Translations under genes and position numbers: made by a program
The notes under the pieces: generated by a model
Databases searched by the model: none
What the model saw: only the letters and a program-made list of their open reading frames with translations
What the model was told of the DNA's origin: nothing
Assembly: GCF_006345805.1 (NCBI RefSeq)
Contig: NC_043000.1
Coordinates: forward strand, 43,028,001-43,092,000
Length of the DNA stretch: 64,000 nt
Direction of reading: 5' to 3'
DNA from: Octopus sinensis
Lineage: Eukaryota
Shown: piece after piece, positions 36,847 through 51,294 of the stretch
Position numbering within the stretch: the first letter of the stretch is position 1
How the letters are laid out: every line of letters begins with the position of its first letter

Positions 36847-39225
36847 TTTATGTGTGTGTGTGCGTCTGTGTGTGTCTGTGTGTGTGTGTGCGTGTGTGCG
36901 TGCGCGCGCATGTATATGTGTGTGTATATGTATGTATATGCGTGTATTTGTGTGTGTATATATGTATGAGTTTGTGCATGCGAATTGTGGTGACTGTGTC
37001 CCGCTTTGCAAATAAGAATGTAAAGCGATAAGACGAGTTACGTCTCCTTAAATTAAGAAAGAACATAAATTTGATTACTAGCAGATAATGATGCACCAAG
37101 GTGAAATAAATGCTTGGCATATAATGGTCGATTTTTGAAAGCGGATCTCCAGGCATGGATGCAGGCATGGTTGTGTGGTTTAGAATTTCGATTCAGAACT
37201 ATTTAATTTCAGGCTTTATTTTACCATAATCTGGGGTTAACTAAAGCCTGTGTGAAATATAGTATACATAAACTGTATGGAAGTCTATCGTAGATATTGT
37301 TCCTATTTGGTGGCAAACTTGATCCGAAGCCTGTATAAAGCAAAACAAGGGTTGACACATCGAATAATGTTGTTCAAGACATACTATGTCTGAAAAATAA
37401 AAACGGTTGGTCAGAAGCTGGATACCATAGATCACAATTCTGCTTAGTCAGTCCTAACCTGGGTTAAACAAAAGCAACGATAAATAATCAAGGAACTAGA
37501 CATCGGAGTCAAATTTACCTCAAATTACTCTTTACAGGAAAAGGAGCGACCTATTGGATAATATAGACTTTGATATAAAATGACGAGGTAATCGTAGATG
37601 GTACACTTTTATCACGGGTGTACTTGATCAGAATTCACTTGGGATTAAATGATGACTTCTCTACGTGATAACTGGTTTAATTTTGTACTTTATATGCAGT
37701 TCTTGAATCTGTAAGTTTGCTGTAAATAGTTACGTATTTTCTCACAGGTAGTGTGGCAGCTGAATTAGCGGTTCTTTAAACTACAATAATTTACATATTG
37801 GGTTTAATTCCATTATCCCCTTGGTTGGAAATCCGGAGGATCATAATTCTAGATATCGGATGGATGATAGATATAATACCTTTCCATCGATTGAGTCAAC
37901 GACACATGTGACTTACGAAATATACTTGACTTTATGATAAATTATAAAACTGTGGATTGGTAGAATTGATGGATGACAAAATGATCTGCATTATATGTTC
38001 TTGCTCTCTATTGCTGCTGTCTACTTTGCTGTTCATGCATCAGTAATCGATAAAAGTACTTCCCTGGCAGATAACATTGGAGGAAATGCTAGCGAATTAG
38101 GTAAAATATTTTGCGTTATTTGTCTTGGTTATTTACGTTCTGAGTTTGCTTGCAAGTATCAATGATTCAAATCTGCATTGACCCCTGTCTCGAAAAACAT
38201 ACAGAGTATAGAGACAAGTAGTGGTGTAGCAGGTTGGGGCCTGAAGGGCGGTGACCCTGTACTCTAAGTTCATAGTGGCACAAAATGTCAAAAGACTGAG
38301 AAAAAAACAGTGCTTCTCCTTGTAACAATGTCTTGCCCCAGACGCTGGCAACTAAGCCATGTTTAAGGAATGGAGATACTTACTGATGCATGAACAACTG
38401 ATATCTTGAAAAAAAAAAGAAAAAAGAAAAAAGAAACAAAATTACCCCGGCTTACATAATGTAGAGGAATTTTCAAAGAGTAGAAGCACGGGCATCTCTG
38501 ACAGGCGGAGCTATTACATTACAAGAGAAATGGCAATTTACTTTCTCAAGTTAATAGTTAACATAACAAGTAACTAATCATTGTAATGTTGTAAAGTCTC
38601 TGACTTCTAATCCTTTAGATCAATAATTACAGACGCTTAAAAACTTGAAACCTTTTGTTCGCATTATTTTGATAACCTGTGATAAGAACAAACTTTGACA
38701 GCTCGCAGGCTACATTACAATGTAAAAGCAATGATGCAAAAGTATTCTATAATTTTGATAGTGAATGAGCTTTTAATAGGTGACTAACAGAATAAACATG
38801 GATTTGAAGTAGAATAGCACTTAATGAGACATTGGCAAACATCAATCAGCTAATTCTACAAGTAATTAAGTGTATTACTTGAGAGAAGATTAGATTCTGC
38901 CAAGTTAAACATAAACAGGTACCCTGCAACAGTAATAGCTGTGAGCATTGATTATAACTTTTACTTACGAGCCGGTAATTTAACTAAGTAAACATTTACT
39001 CTTAACTTTATTTAATAAATAAAATTTTGTAAGAGAGAAGTGTCTGAAATCAATTGAATTAGCTGTAGATACGCATGTTATCAGCTTTAAAAAAATCATC
39101 AGTACACTCGTCTAAAGGCACACAAAACATCCCAATATGTATGCCGAAGACTGATCGAGCAAACTTTACATAAAATAACGAATTCATTGTAAGTGTTTAT
39201 GATCAACAATATCAAAATCCTCTAA

Positions 39226-39303
39226 AGAAGAAGGAGAAGAAGAAGAAGAAGAAGAAGAAGAAGAAGAAGAAGAAGAAGAAGAAGAAGAAGAAGAAGAAGA
39301 AGA
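39226..39303. repeat. (AAG)n microsatellite
   Basis: Direct reading. Confidence 0.97.
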
Positions 39304-39377
39304 AATCAGAATTTAAAAAATTCAACGACGTGAATATCAGTATATATACATGGACATTTATAAATATATATATATAT

Positions 39378-39425
<48 letters not shown>

Positions 39426-39622
39426 CTTTTTCTCCCAGTAATTACAAATAGAACAAGTTTAATTGCTTCTTTTCAGAGACAAAGGCAGCGTTCCCCGTGC
39501 AAGACACCGTATATAATATATAGTATGATGTTTAAAAAATTTTTAAGTTACAGACGCAAAATAATACACAGACGCCCATATGCATATATTTACATATTAT
39601 TTATATTATATATATATCCAGA

Positions 39623-40551
39623 ACCCTGAAGACACTATGCACCTGCAATATGAGCTGGACAAAATATACAAGTGGGCTGAAAAGAATAGCATGCAGTTCA
39701 ATGCTGAAAAGTTTCAAGCTTTATGCTATCAGCATGCAAAACTAAATGCAATACCCAATAAATACACTGGACCTGGAGGGATTGCAATCCCAGAGGCACA
39801 TTCAGTGCGAGACCTTGGTATTTACATGAGTAATGATGCAGCCTTTCATGTGCATGTTCCTAAATTGGCAATGAAAGGTAGGCGGCTGACCGGATGGATT
39901 CTTAGAACCTTTAGAACAAGAGAGCAGGAAACCATGATGGTCCTCTGGAGGACACTTGTCCTAAGCCACTTTGACTATTGCTCTCAGCTATGGTCACCAT
40001 CCAGTGTCAAGTTAATCACAGAACTTGAGGCGATCCAACGAAGCTACACGAAAAAGATAGCCTCTGTGCAGCATATAAGCTACTGGGAAAGACTCAAGAG
40101 ATTAAGACTCTATTCCTTAGAGCGTAGGCGAGAAAGATATGCCATAATATACATCTGGAAGATCATAGAAGGACTTGTCCCAAATACTAGAACTGGGCGC
40201 CACTGCATAGTGCCAAGGACTCCAAATTTGCGATCAAGATGTAGGACAAAATACTGTGATAGCCTGGGATTCAGAGGCCCACATCTCTTCTATATCCTCC
40301 CGAAGGACCTGAGAGACCTGCATGGGGTGGATGCAGATGTCTTTAAAATACAACTGGATCTCTTCCTGTCAGGTATCCCAGATGAACCAACTTCACGACA
40401 GGAAGTGCAGATGAGGGCAGCTGCATCGAACTCTCTCATGCACCAAATGGCAATTGCTAAAAAGCATTCGTGAAGTAAAATCACGTAGCAACACCAAATG
40501 GTGGAGCCCCAGCATGGCCACAGCTCGTGAGCTGAAACTAGATAAAAAAAA
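39623..40551 (+). mobile_element. 5'-truncated CR1/L2-group LINE with open ORF2 C-terminus (to 40473), structured 3' tail and A tail
   Basis: LQYELDKIYKWA..MQFNAEKF, VRDLGI, ILRTF, LVLSHFDYCSQLWSP, LEAIQR, LYSLERRRERY; candidate TSD atccaga at 39616-22 and 40552-58. Confidence 0.92.
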
Positions 40552-40629
40552 ATCCAGATGCCCATATATTTATACATATAGACACACGCACTTACACGCA
40601 TACACACACATATATGGCTAGACATACAT

Positions 40630-40673
<44 letters not shown>

Positions 40674-42724
40674 GCATATAGTCACATACCTATGTATGTA
40701 TATATATATTTACGCATATAGTCACATACCTATGTATGCGTATACACACATATTTATAAGGAGATAAAAATTACGACAAAAGTTAAAAGACGATATTTAA
40801 GTCATCGAAGCTGTTTGAATAACTTAACTGAGCACCCTGCGACCCCGTTCACTTGACCGTTTCTCAAATAATGTTCGAATGTGACTGAATGCACTGCAAA
40901 ACATTTTTTTGAGACATTTCTTTTCAATACCGACATCTTGAAGGCATTCTTTCGAAAGTTCCATATGATGTCTTAATTTGTATTTACTTGTGGTCTATTT
41001 TTTTTGCATGGTGTTTATAAACAGTCATTTTAATTTCTTGATAGAGCTTGCAACACAATAGGTGCATAATTTTGTCTATTAACTGTTTGTTTGATTTTCA
41101 AAGAACAGTGATCTTAGTTCATCTTTGTCTTCTACATTTTCTTTATTATATTCTAAAGAAAATATTTCGTTGTCCTTTTGAAGACATTGTAGTCCTATGT
41201 TTTTGTTTTTTTATTTTATGTCTGTTTTGTCTGTAATTTTTTCTCTTATTTATTGCTTCCTCACTTCAAGATGAAAATATGTTACTGTAGGTTTGTATAG
41301 GTAAGAAACGAATTATTTGTGATATTAGACTTAAAGATAATTCCTTTGCTTTCCCCAGAGTTTCGGCTAATGGTGCTCTAAAACTGGTTTGTTATTTTTG
41401 TTGCGGTTGAAATTCATTATTTTTATTTTCTTTTGTTTTTGCTTAATGTTTCCGTTCTTCAGCTCTAATGTATATTTTACTTTAACTAATTAACTAATAC
41501 ACTTGGGCTTTCTACCTTGTACCATGAATCTCATACACTTTGTTTCGGTTACCAGTATGGGTCTGCGAACCTCTGGAGTCATTAAGACATGTACGTTGTT
41601 CGTGACGCCATCTCTGCTAATAGGTAGTTTATCGGTTATGCCTGCTTTTATTACTCTCTTTTATAATGACACAAAGATAACTCACTACTAGACATAAGTC
41701 TATGTCATCTTCACTGTTTCTTATAGGTGACTTGTATTTCTATGATCCATGTACTATTACACGAAATGTCAGAGGTACGTTTACAATTTCAGCCCAAATT
41801 TTGGCAATTATTTTAGTTTTAAAATGTTGTCAAAATTTTTGCTTTTTCGCCTTCTTAATTGAGATAATTCTTCTTTTCGATATATCCTGGTGGGCTTGTA
41901 TTTCATGATGTGAGATAAAATTCAATCCGTTTCCACTTTTTCGTGAGCGGAGATATAATTTTAATCTTTGCCCATTTTTGGATTATTTCTTTGATAAAAA
42001 AATTCTGTTGGGTTTTACAAAATTCCCTTGTGTACATGTTTTCTTGTAATTCTGATATGTTAAAAATTCCATCTATTCATTTTATACTGAAGGAAGTTTT
42101 GTTTTCAAACATCTGCTCTATAAACGAACAGCTATTTCTGGAATTGGTTTAAGAGTTATATTTGCTACTGTTGCTGCTATTTTAGTTATTGTCGGTGCCT
42201 TCCAAAGTATTTGTTTTAGTATTTGGAGTTATTTTCTTCTCATAATTGTTCACTACTCTATCAATTCTTTTCATTTTGTATTTTTCATTTTGTTGAATTT
42301 TCGTCACTTTGGTGTTTTGTCGTGAGGTATAATTATGTCTGGAAATCATTTCGGATGTGAAAATATGTTGTGTGCAAAAGAAGTTTTAAAAGTTTGTGAG
42401 ACAAATATTCTTTCTGTTATATTCTGTTATATTCTTTCTTACCAGGTATTGAGGACAGTCCCACCTTAGGCAATTTTAGTTCTTTTTACAATTACTTTAA
42501 AGTAAATATCATTGAGTAATGTTCGAATAAAACATGTTTCGAAGACAGGTCGAAGAACAAAAGTGTTCACACTACGAGGGACACTTTGTAATTTAAGCAC
42601 AAAGTCAACAATTTCGAGAGGAGTGAATAGTCGACACCATCTACCTCAGTTCTTGTTGTGTACTTCATTCCATCGATCCCAGAGAGATGAAAATATAATA
42701 AAGTACTAGATGATTACTGTGGTC

Positions 42725-43495
42725 AATGATACCCACTAATGTGGATGACTAAAAGTGATTTAAAACCGGAAACGGAGGTTCTAATCTGTGTTACCCAAGA
42801 GCAAGCACTAAGAACAAACTACATAAAATACAGAATGGACAACACAGAAGAAAGTGATAAGTGCAGAATCTGTGGACAAAACGGTGAAACCGTATTTCAT
42901 ATTACCAGCCAATGTACAGCACTAGCCTAGAAGGAATATAAGAGACGCCACGACAATATAGCCAGGCTTGTCCATTGGACACTTTGCAACAAGAGCAAAA
43001 AATTGGTACGACCACAAACCTGAAGGCATTGTCGGAAATAGAAATGCAAAGATCCTATGGGATTTTATGATTCAGTGCGACCATGAAATTGAGAATAGGA
43101 AACCAGACATAGTGTTAATTGAGAAAGAAAACAAACTATGCTGGATCATAGATATAGCATGCCCAGCTGACAACAAGGTATGCGATAAGGCAGAAAGAAA
43201 AGTCGAGAGATATGACAGGTTAGCTTGGGAAGTTAAGCACCCGTGGTCGATGAAAAAGGTAGCAGTAGTACCAATAATTGTCGGAGCCCTGGGAACAGTG
43301 AGCAAAAATCTCGAGAAGTACGTGGAACAAATAGGGGCTGCAATAAGGGTGGAGCACTCGCAGAAAACAGCACTGCTTGGAATCGCTCGAATACTCCGGA
43401 AGGTGCTCGAAAAATAAGAGGTTTTACCTTAGTTCACTGGTATTGAACAGCTGACACTGTAGTAATCTCCAGCGTTAGAAGAGCTGTGCAGAGCA
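42725..43495 (+). mobile_element. R4/Dong-clade LINE 3' portion (subfamily 1)
   Basis: QEQALRTNY, CRICGQNGETVFHITSQC, KILWDFMIQCD..KPDIV..IIDIACPAD, VVPIIVGALG; ends in (AAT/GAT)n. Confidence 0.9.
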
Positions 43496-43574
43496 ATGAT
43501 AATAATAATAATGATGATGATGATGATAGTGTTGATGATGATGATAATAACAACAACAGCAACAATAATAATAA

Positions 43575-44163
43575 TATATTCACCGACACGACAGAATTGG
43601 ACCTATATACACAGGAAGCTATACCAATACTATAGAATAACAACAGAAAAAAGATGGTATCGGCACACACCAGAAAAGGTCACAGAAAATGAAAAGGCAA
43701 CAACGCTATGGGATATGTCAATACACACAGATAGAGAAATTAAGGCCAATAGGCCAGATATAGTTGTCAGAAACCATGAAGGAAAAAAATGCTTTCTAAT
43801 TGATATATCAATACCAACAGATGATAACGTTTCTATAAAAGAAATGGAGAAACTTTCAAATACAAAGACCTGGAAATAGAGGTAACCCAAATGTGGAGTC
43901 TAAAAACACAAACAATTCTTATCATAGTGGTCGCATTAGATATGATAACAACATATTCAGAAAAGTACATAGCAAAAACACCAGGACTTACAAATATATA
44001 TAACATACAGTAAATAGCACTACTAGGCACCGCACACATCCTATGTAAAACACTTTCAATACAGCCACTAAAAAAGCATCATAACAAACTACAGTACATA
44101 TCCAAACACACAGAGCTGCACTTGGTAGTGCAGTCAAAGTCCGTTATAAAGATAAAACTACTG
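43575..44163 (+). mobile_element. R4/Dong-clade LINE 3' portion (subfamily 2)
   Basis: TLWDMSIHTDREIKANRPDIVV..FLIDISIPTD..KEMEKLS; 3' UTR like the 17522 copy; ends in (AAT)n. Confidence 0.9.
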
Positions 44164-44191
44164 AATAATAATAATAATGATAATAATAATA

Positions 44192-44256
<65 letters not shown>

Positions 44257-44344
44257 TTGATAATGATGGCTATACGAGACTTCGTATACTTTACCTCAGT
44301 GTCACTTTGATGGCATGCACAGCTCTGTCACACAATAACAAAAA

Positions 44345-44383
<39 letters not shown>

Positions 44384-44435
44384 CAATAATAATAACAACA
44401 ACAACAATAATAATAATAACAACAACAACAACAAT

Positions 44436-44557
44436 TCGCTCGAATACTCCGGATGGTGCTACAAAAATAAGAGGTGTATTCTTAGTTTACTGATAGTGAA
44501 CAGCTGATACCGTAGTACATCTTCAGCGTCAAAAGCTGTTCAAAGAGAATAAATAAC
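44436..44557 (+). mobile_element. R4/Dong-clade LINE extreme 3' end (subfamily 1)
   Basis: gctcgaatactccggatggtgct..aaaataagaggt matches the ends of the 42725 and 44558 copies. Confidence 0.8.
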
Positions 44558-45945
44558 AAAAGTGTGGTGTCTTAGTCTTGAAGTGAAGCAAAATCAAATG
44601 TATGGAGGCGATAGCAATAACTTCGGGGAAGGTTATGAAGCAGATAGAAGAGACGGGCTATAAGTACTTGAGGATACTGGAAATGGATAAATTGATGAAG
44701 AAAGAAATGACGGAAAAAATTAAGGTGGAGTACTGGCACAGACTTAAATGGACGGAATAAGATTGAAGCTATCAACACCCGGGAGGTTTCAGGCCTTAGA
44801 TATGGAGCAGGCGTAATCACATCGACAGTAGACGAACTGGACAGCTTAGACAGGAAAACAAAGCAGTTGCTAACAAGATATGGGATACTCCACCGAAAAA
44901 GTGACACAGACAAACTCTATCTACCAAGAAAAAAGGGGAAGAGGACTGATTGGATGCGAACACAGCATAAGAACAGAAGAAAACAATATAGCATGGTATG
45001 TAAAAAATGCCACACATCCCTATTATTGGAAGCAAGAAGGTCTGGCTTGTATAGGATGGAAGATTGCAAAGATAAATCAGTGTACAAGCACTTGAGAATG
45101 AGTGAAACTGAAAATAGGTGGATAAAGAAAAGAATGCATGGACAATTTCATAGGGATGTTGAGGATGACACAGACACAGAAGAAAGATGGCTATGGATGG
45201 CTAAAAGTGAATTAAAACCGGAAAAAGAGACTCTAGTCTGTGCTGCCGAAGAGCAAGCATTAAGAACCAACTACATCATATACAGAGTAGACAACACATC
45301 AGAAAGTGATAAGTGCAGAATCTGTGGACAAAACGGTGAAACTGTATGGCATATTACCAGTCAACGCGCGCCACTAGCCCAGAAAGAATATAAAAGGCGT
45401 CATTGGACACATTACAACAAGTATGGACTCACAGAACAAAAAAAAGTGGTACGAGCATAAACCCGAAGGCAACATCGAAAGTACAATACAAAGATCCAAT
45501 GGGGTTTTATGATTCAGTGCGATCATAAGATAGAGAATAAGAAACCAGATAGTTTTAATTGAGAAAGAAAGCAAACGATGCTGGATCATAAATATAGCAT
45601 GCCCAGCAGACAACAAAGTATGCGATAAGGGAGAAAGAAATGTCGATAGATATAACAGTTTAGCTTGGGAGGTTAAGCTGTTGTGGTCGATGAAAAATGT
45701 GGTATAAATACCAAAATTGTCGCATCCCTGGGAACAGTGAGTAAAAATCTTCAGAAGTACATGGAACAAATATGGGGTGCAACAAGGGTGGAGCACTTCT
45801 TGCAGAAAACAGCACTGCTTGGAACCGCTCGAATACTCCGGATGGTGCTTCAAAAATAAGTAGTATTCCCTTAGTTCAATGGTAGTGAACAGCTGACACC
45901 TTAATACATCTCCAGCGTTAGAAGCTGTGCAAAAACAATAAAACA
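44558..45945 (+). mobile_element. R4/Dong-clade LINE, 5'-truncated (subfamily 1), frameshifted
   Basis: KCGVLVLK, GYKYL.ILE, RKTKQLLTRYGILH..LYLPRKKG, MHGQFHR, CRICGQNGETVWHI; ends in (AAC/AAT)n. Confidence 0.9.
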
Positions 45946-46894
45946 ACAACAAAACAACAATAATAACGCCAGGTATTCGTTTAGCTTGACAATTTTCATA
46001 TCCTGTTTTGATTTCAAAATGAAAGCACCCGACGTATTTTTTAGACTATGAATTAGAATAAAACCACGCAAGTATCAACATTTTCCGGAACCATCAATCC
46101 TGCTAGAATTATTGAGGAGGCAATGCCCTGTAGTTCAAGTTATATATAAAACAAAATGCATTTTACATACGCGTGCGAGCACACACATAAACATACACAC
46201 AAAAATACTCACACAAGCATACACTCATGCGCGCGCACAGACACATTAATATGTGTGTATATCTATTGCAGTTCTTGCATATTTGATTGCAGTCAAACTG
46301 AGGCAAAACGTTAAAATGTTTTTTATCAATTATATCCACCTTATTACTTTGTATTATACTTACTTTATAGGTTTTGTAAAGACGAAATATATTTGACCTT
46401 GGTTTGAAATCATGTAATCAAAAACCTGGCAAACGATAGATGGATGGTTCGAGACATTTAGTGGAATTATTTTGTTAGTATAATAGGTTGGGTTTGTGAA
46501 TATATTATAGAAATAATTTACATATATTTATGTATTTGAAGTGTGCTTATGACTATGTTTCATTTTAATAACTGCATTCTTTGCACGATTATATTACTTC
46601 TATGTGTCTCTCAGTCCTTTTGTTAGCGTGTTTATGTGCGTTTGGAATACTCTATCACAAAATTAAAACTTGCGTCTATATACCAAATGTCTTTTATGAG
46701 TCTTCTTCTCTGACGTCTTTAGAATACGTCAATCCTATTCTGTCCATCGCTTCAATCTTAATCCACTTGCCATACATCTTCCCTCCTTGCATATCTACAT
46801 TTACAGACGCCTACATGCATTCCTGCTGATCACAATTCGTCGCCCACTTACCCACTCGCATAGTTAAACCGCTACCCGGATAACCGTATACCTA

Positions 46895-46985
46895 ACGTCT
46901 AATGAAATCTTCATTCGACAACGCCTACTCTTAAGATATTAGTAGAACTACTACAACTTACGGAAGATTGAAATGTACGCCAAAC
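46895..46985 (+). ncRNA. Decayed hammerhead-like motif
   Basis: CUAAUGA AAUCUUC..GAAGAUU GAAA UGUACG CC; 7-bp helix II intact, core and helix I mutated. Confidence 0.4.
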
Positions 46986-47024
46986 ATCTGCTTAAGTACA
47001 TATATATAGCTAGCTAAAGAGAGA

Positions 47025-47038
47025 GCATGAGAGAGAGA

Positions 47039-47108
<70 letters not shown>
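47025..47108. repeat. (GA)n microsatellite
   Basis: Direct reading. Confidence 0.97.
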
Positions 47109-47110
<2 letters not shown>

Positions 47111-48905
47111 ATACGGTCGCAATACCTGCTGTAAATAGCGACTAAGTCTTTCTCAGATGGCAACGTAATGTCTGAAAATTTATAATGATATACAGTTCGG
47201 ATAAATTACTCTTTGATACATTATACTTTGCAAAAATGTTAACACATAAATAGGTAAGACTGGAAATCACACATTGGACCAGAGACAATTTGGATTTTAA
47301 ACAACAAGAACAGCAGCAACAATTACAACGACAACAACAGCCGTTCAAGAATTTGGACCTGGAGATCTCCATTTCCAGCGACTTCGAGGGCCACCTTCCA
47401 GTGGTGTCGGGCGTTAACGAGGAGCCCTCGATTAAAACAAGACGACCAAATTTTTTTTCCCCAAGGTCTGGGGTCTCCCACCCATAAGCCCTAGACCATC
47501 ACCTAATCACCCTTACCCGTCTTGTTGCTTAACAACAACAACAACAACAGCAGCAGCAACAACATAAAGAATTGCAAAGGCGGCGAGTGATAGAAACGGA
47601 AACGTGACGGATCGACTTCTTTGCGAGTTTTAGTCATATCACATTACGTTTCGAGTTCAAATTCTACCAGACAAAATATTACTTTCATCGGTTTTCAATC
47701 TTCTTGAGTCGACAGAATAAGCAAAGTAAGATAACTAAGTGTTGACTAAACGAGGGAGATTTTACGTGGTTGTTTGACTTGCTAAATATAGTAGCCAAAT
47801 CATCTCCATGTTACTTCGAAACGGTTTTAGAAATGGGAGAATGCATTGTGTCCAAAGGAAATATGTAATGGTCATGTCTGGTATACTTCTTGATTATAGG
47901 TTCACTCATTGAACACTGACCAAAGGATGAATAACAGCAAAAATAAAATAAATGAAAAACAAAAGAAAAGGCATTGGAGGAGCAATGCATACCTGCGCGC
48001 AGATAATTTTTTTTAAGTATCAGCATTAAAGGTATTTATATTCCGGTGAAATTAAGAAATCAACTCGTAAATAAACGAAACCTTCGAATCCATCACTGTA
48101 CACACACAAGCACACACACACACATACACACACACACACAAAGACACACTGAGTCGGAGAACTATGTCTGTATTTATGCATGTTTGTAGATAATTAAACC
48201 AAATTTTCATTATTTCGAGCCACTCCCCCAATGACTATTTCTGCCAAATTTGGTGAAAATCTGTTCAACCGTTTTCCATTTATGTTGTAAACACAGAGAC
48301 TAACATAGGAAGACGAGTGATGACAATACCCTGCTTTCGCTTACGAGCGCAGAGTTAAAATGAAAAAAGATAAGTTTCAGTCAAGTATAATGATCCGCTA
48401 ATATCTAAAATTGATGATTTTTATCAATATAATAAATCCGTATAACCAATTGCAGTATTCAGAGAAATGCAAGGCAGTGAATTGGCAAGAGATTTAGGGT
48501 GCGGGATGAGGTGCCTTTGAATAATCTTTCCGGTTCTTTATTCCTGAATTCCAGTTCCACCCGTTAACTTCATCTTTTATCTTTTCAAGGTCGATAAATA
48601 AACCATTCTGAATTGTACTGGAGTCAATAACCGTTACTTCTCTCTTTTTCTCTAACTTTCGCTTTTCCCCTCTAGATTGTAACTGTAATTCGAGGGTTCA
48701 GCCCTTTTATATTGTGTCTCTCTGATTCCGTCAGAAAATTGCTTTATATGTAAACGTGTCTGTAGAATGCTCAGCTGATTAAAGGTTAATTTCTCGTGTA
48801 GAAATTTAGTTGATCGAACACCTGACTGCCAGTCCTCAATCCTGACGAAGAATCTATTACCAAAATGCAGGACTGAGAGCTTTATAGAAATTGTTTGCGT
48901 CTTTC

Positions 48906-49039
48906 CTTACTTAGCGGTTCGGCAAAAGAGACCGATAGAATAAGTACTGGGCTTACAAAAGAATAAGTCCCGGGGTCGAGTTGCTCGATTAAAGGCGGTG
49001 CTCCAGCATGGCCGCAGTCAAATGACTGAAACAAGTAAA

Positions 49040-49045
<6 letters not shown>
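48906..49045 (+). mobile_element. CORE-type SINE 3' half
   Basis: cttagcggttcggcaaaagagaccgatagaataagtact..ggcggtgctccagcatggccgcagtcaaatgactg. Confidence 0.88.
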
Positions 49046-49074
<29 letters not shown>

Positions 49075-50602
49075 CTCTCAGCTCTTGTAGTCAAAACTAA
49101 TGATAATTGATTTGATTTTATCAAGTACATTACAGTAATGTACTTGATCAATTTAGTTGAATATGCTTGACCTTTGACCTAAATAAATGTCTGACTTTGG
49201 ATTGGTTATTTTTAATTACTATCAAGACAATGGAAGTGGAAAGAATGGTAGTGTGGCAGATAATATGCACTAGTATTTAGTTTCGTCATCCAATCTAGTC
49301 TCAATCCCCACCGCAGTTAAACTTGGTCTTTCTTACTAAACAGAATAAGTACTTGACATGGAGATTTGGTCCTTTGTGTAAAGATAACTCAGTATTTGGG
49401 ATTGGTCTTGTGCCAAAATTTGAAACTGATATTTGGGATGCTACTTTTTTATGCAAGCAACGCATTAGTTGTGCCTATTTCTTTCCACAATGCACCCAAA
49501 AGACTCTGAGGCCCTACAATGGGTATGGGCGCTGCTTTCTCCCTTAACTAATCCATAAAATAATATTGATGCATATTCAGTTGAGACTATGTAAGTACTA
49601 CATTATCCAGTGCCCTTCCAATTTCAAGTCAGTGTAATTTGAAGGATATTTGGCTGCTATGTCTTTTACATCAAACAACCTTGTAGTTGTTCCTGATAGT
49701 CATTTATTGTTTGTTTCCTTTTGCCACCACTCATTCTGACGAGTTCAGTTGTGATTCGTGCTGCTGTTGAACATTGACACCAGACTCGTTGGATTTTAAT
49801 AGAGCAATGATAAAAGAAATTTCATTAATAATCAGTTAGTAATTTTTCCTTCAGACGTAATGGCATATGTACGAGCAGGTTAAATAGTTCGATTTTCAAC
49901 CACGTAGTTCTATGTTCGATTCCAATGCATAACATCTTTGCAGGTGCTTTTTTCTGTACCCTTTGATTGACCACTAATTTGCGAATAGAATTTAGCAGTA
50001 GGAAGCGGTGCAGATGTTCCTTGTATAAACATTTATTAGAATGTATAGCAAAGAACTTTGCTTCGCAATCCCATAGTTTGATTGGATGGAATGTTGTGTA
50101 TGAGACCTCTACTGTATCTTCAGCCTGACATGTTGTACATCTTACGCCGGAGTCCACTCAATCCACCGAACAACAGGTATGTGATTACTGAAGGAAGTGA
50201 ATGTGCCACAAGATCAGTAACTGGTACTCATTACGGCCTAAGGAATACAAGCCAGTGCGCATGTGCAGTACTCACTTTCTTCAGATATCACATACAGGAT
50301 GGATGAAAGGCGAGGAAGAAAAACGTGCGTCTGTGTATGTTCGCAGCTATTCCACAGTTTCTGACAAATTCCCTGACCCACGTGATTACAAAGCGAGCAC
50401 ACACACAAACACACACACATACACACACATAATACATACATAGATACACACACATACACATATATATATATGTACACGCATGTATATATGTATTCACGCA
50501 TGTATATGTATACACACATGTATATAGAATGTATATATATACTTGTGCATATACATGCATATATACATGTATGCATACATGTATATGTACGTGTATACAT
50601 AA

Positions 50603-50665
<63 letters not shown>

Positions 50666-51150
50666 AATGTGTTGGTATATGTTTAAATTATAAGCGTATA
50701 TACATATGTATATATACACACACATACACACATGCACACACACACACATACATATATATATGTAACAAAGAAATACCATGTACAAACGTACATCACAAGA
50801 AATACATGTCGTCAGGACTATTTTGGGATTCTTTGAAAATATCTAAGGGAATTACTATAAGCGTATTTACCAATAATGAAGAGCATTTATACGCGTGTGT
50901 GTGATTATGCGCACCTGTGTCTGTATGCCCGCGCGTGTTTGTGTGTGTGTATGTGTAACAGTATACACGTTATTTTCTGCCGGTATATATATATGACTGG
51001 TTCGTTATTTGTGTGCATGAATGAATCTTGGTTGCAGACATGCTATAAATCCGGATATGTATATATGTTGAATATGCGTCCAAAGCATGTATTCATGTAT
51101 ATGCTTTATAGCATTACATGCGACGTATTTGTTTCTGAGAATGTGTGTGA

Positions 51151-51193
<43 letters not shown>

Positions 51194-51207
51194 CATATAC
51201 ATATATG

Positions 51208-51294
<87 letters not shown>

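Noticed and set aside
41300-42350. A-rich minus-strand stretch resembling a LINE ORF1 (RPILVT..VQGRKPKC)
   Set aside because: Too many stops and the zinc knuckle is not recoverable; a profile search is needed
47158-47253. AG...GTAAGA bounded exon candidate
   Set aside because: Stops in all three frames; a non-coding exon cannot be supported without RNA data
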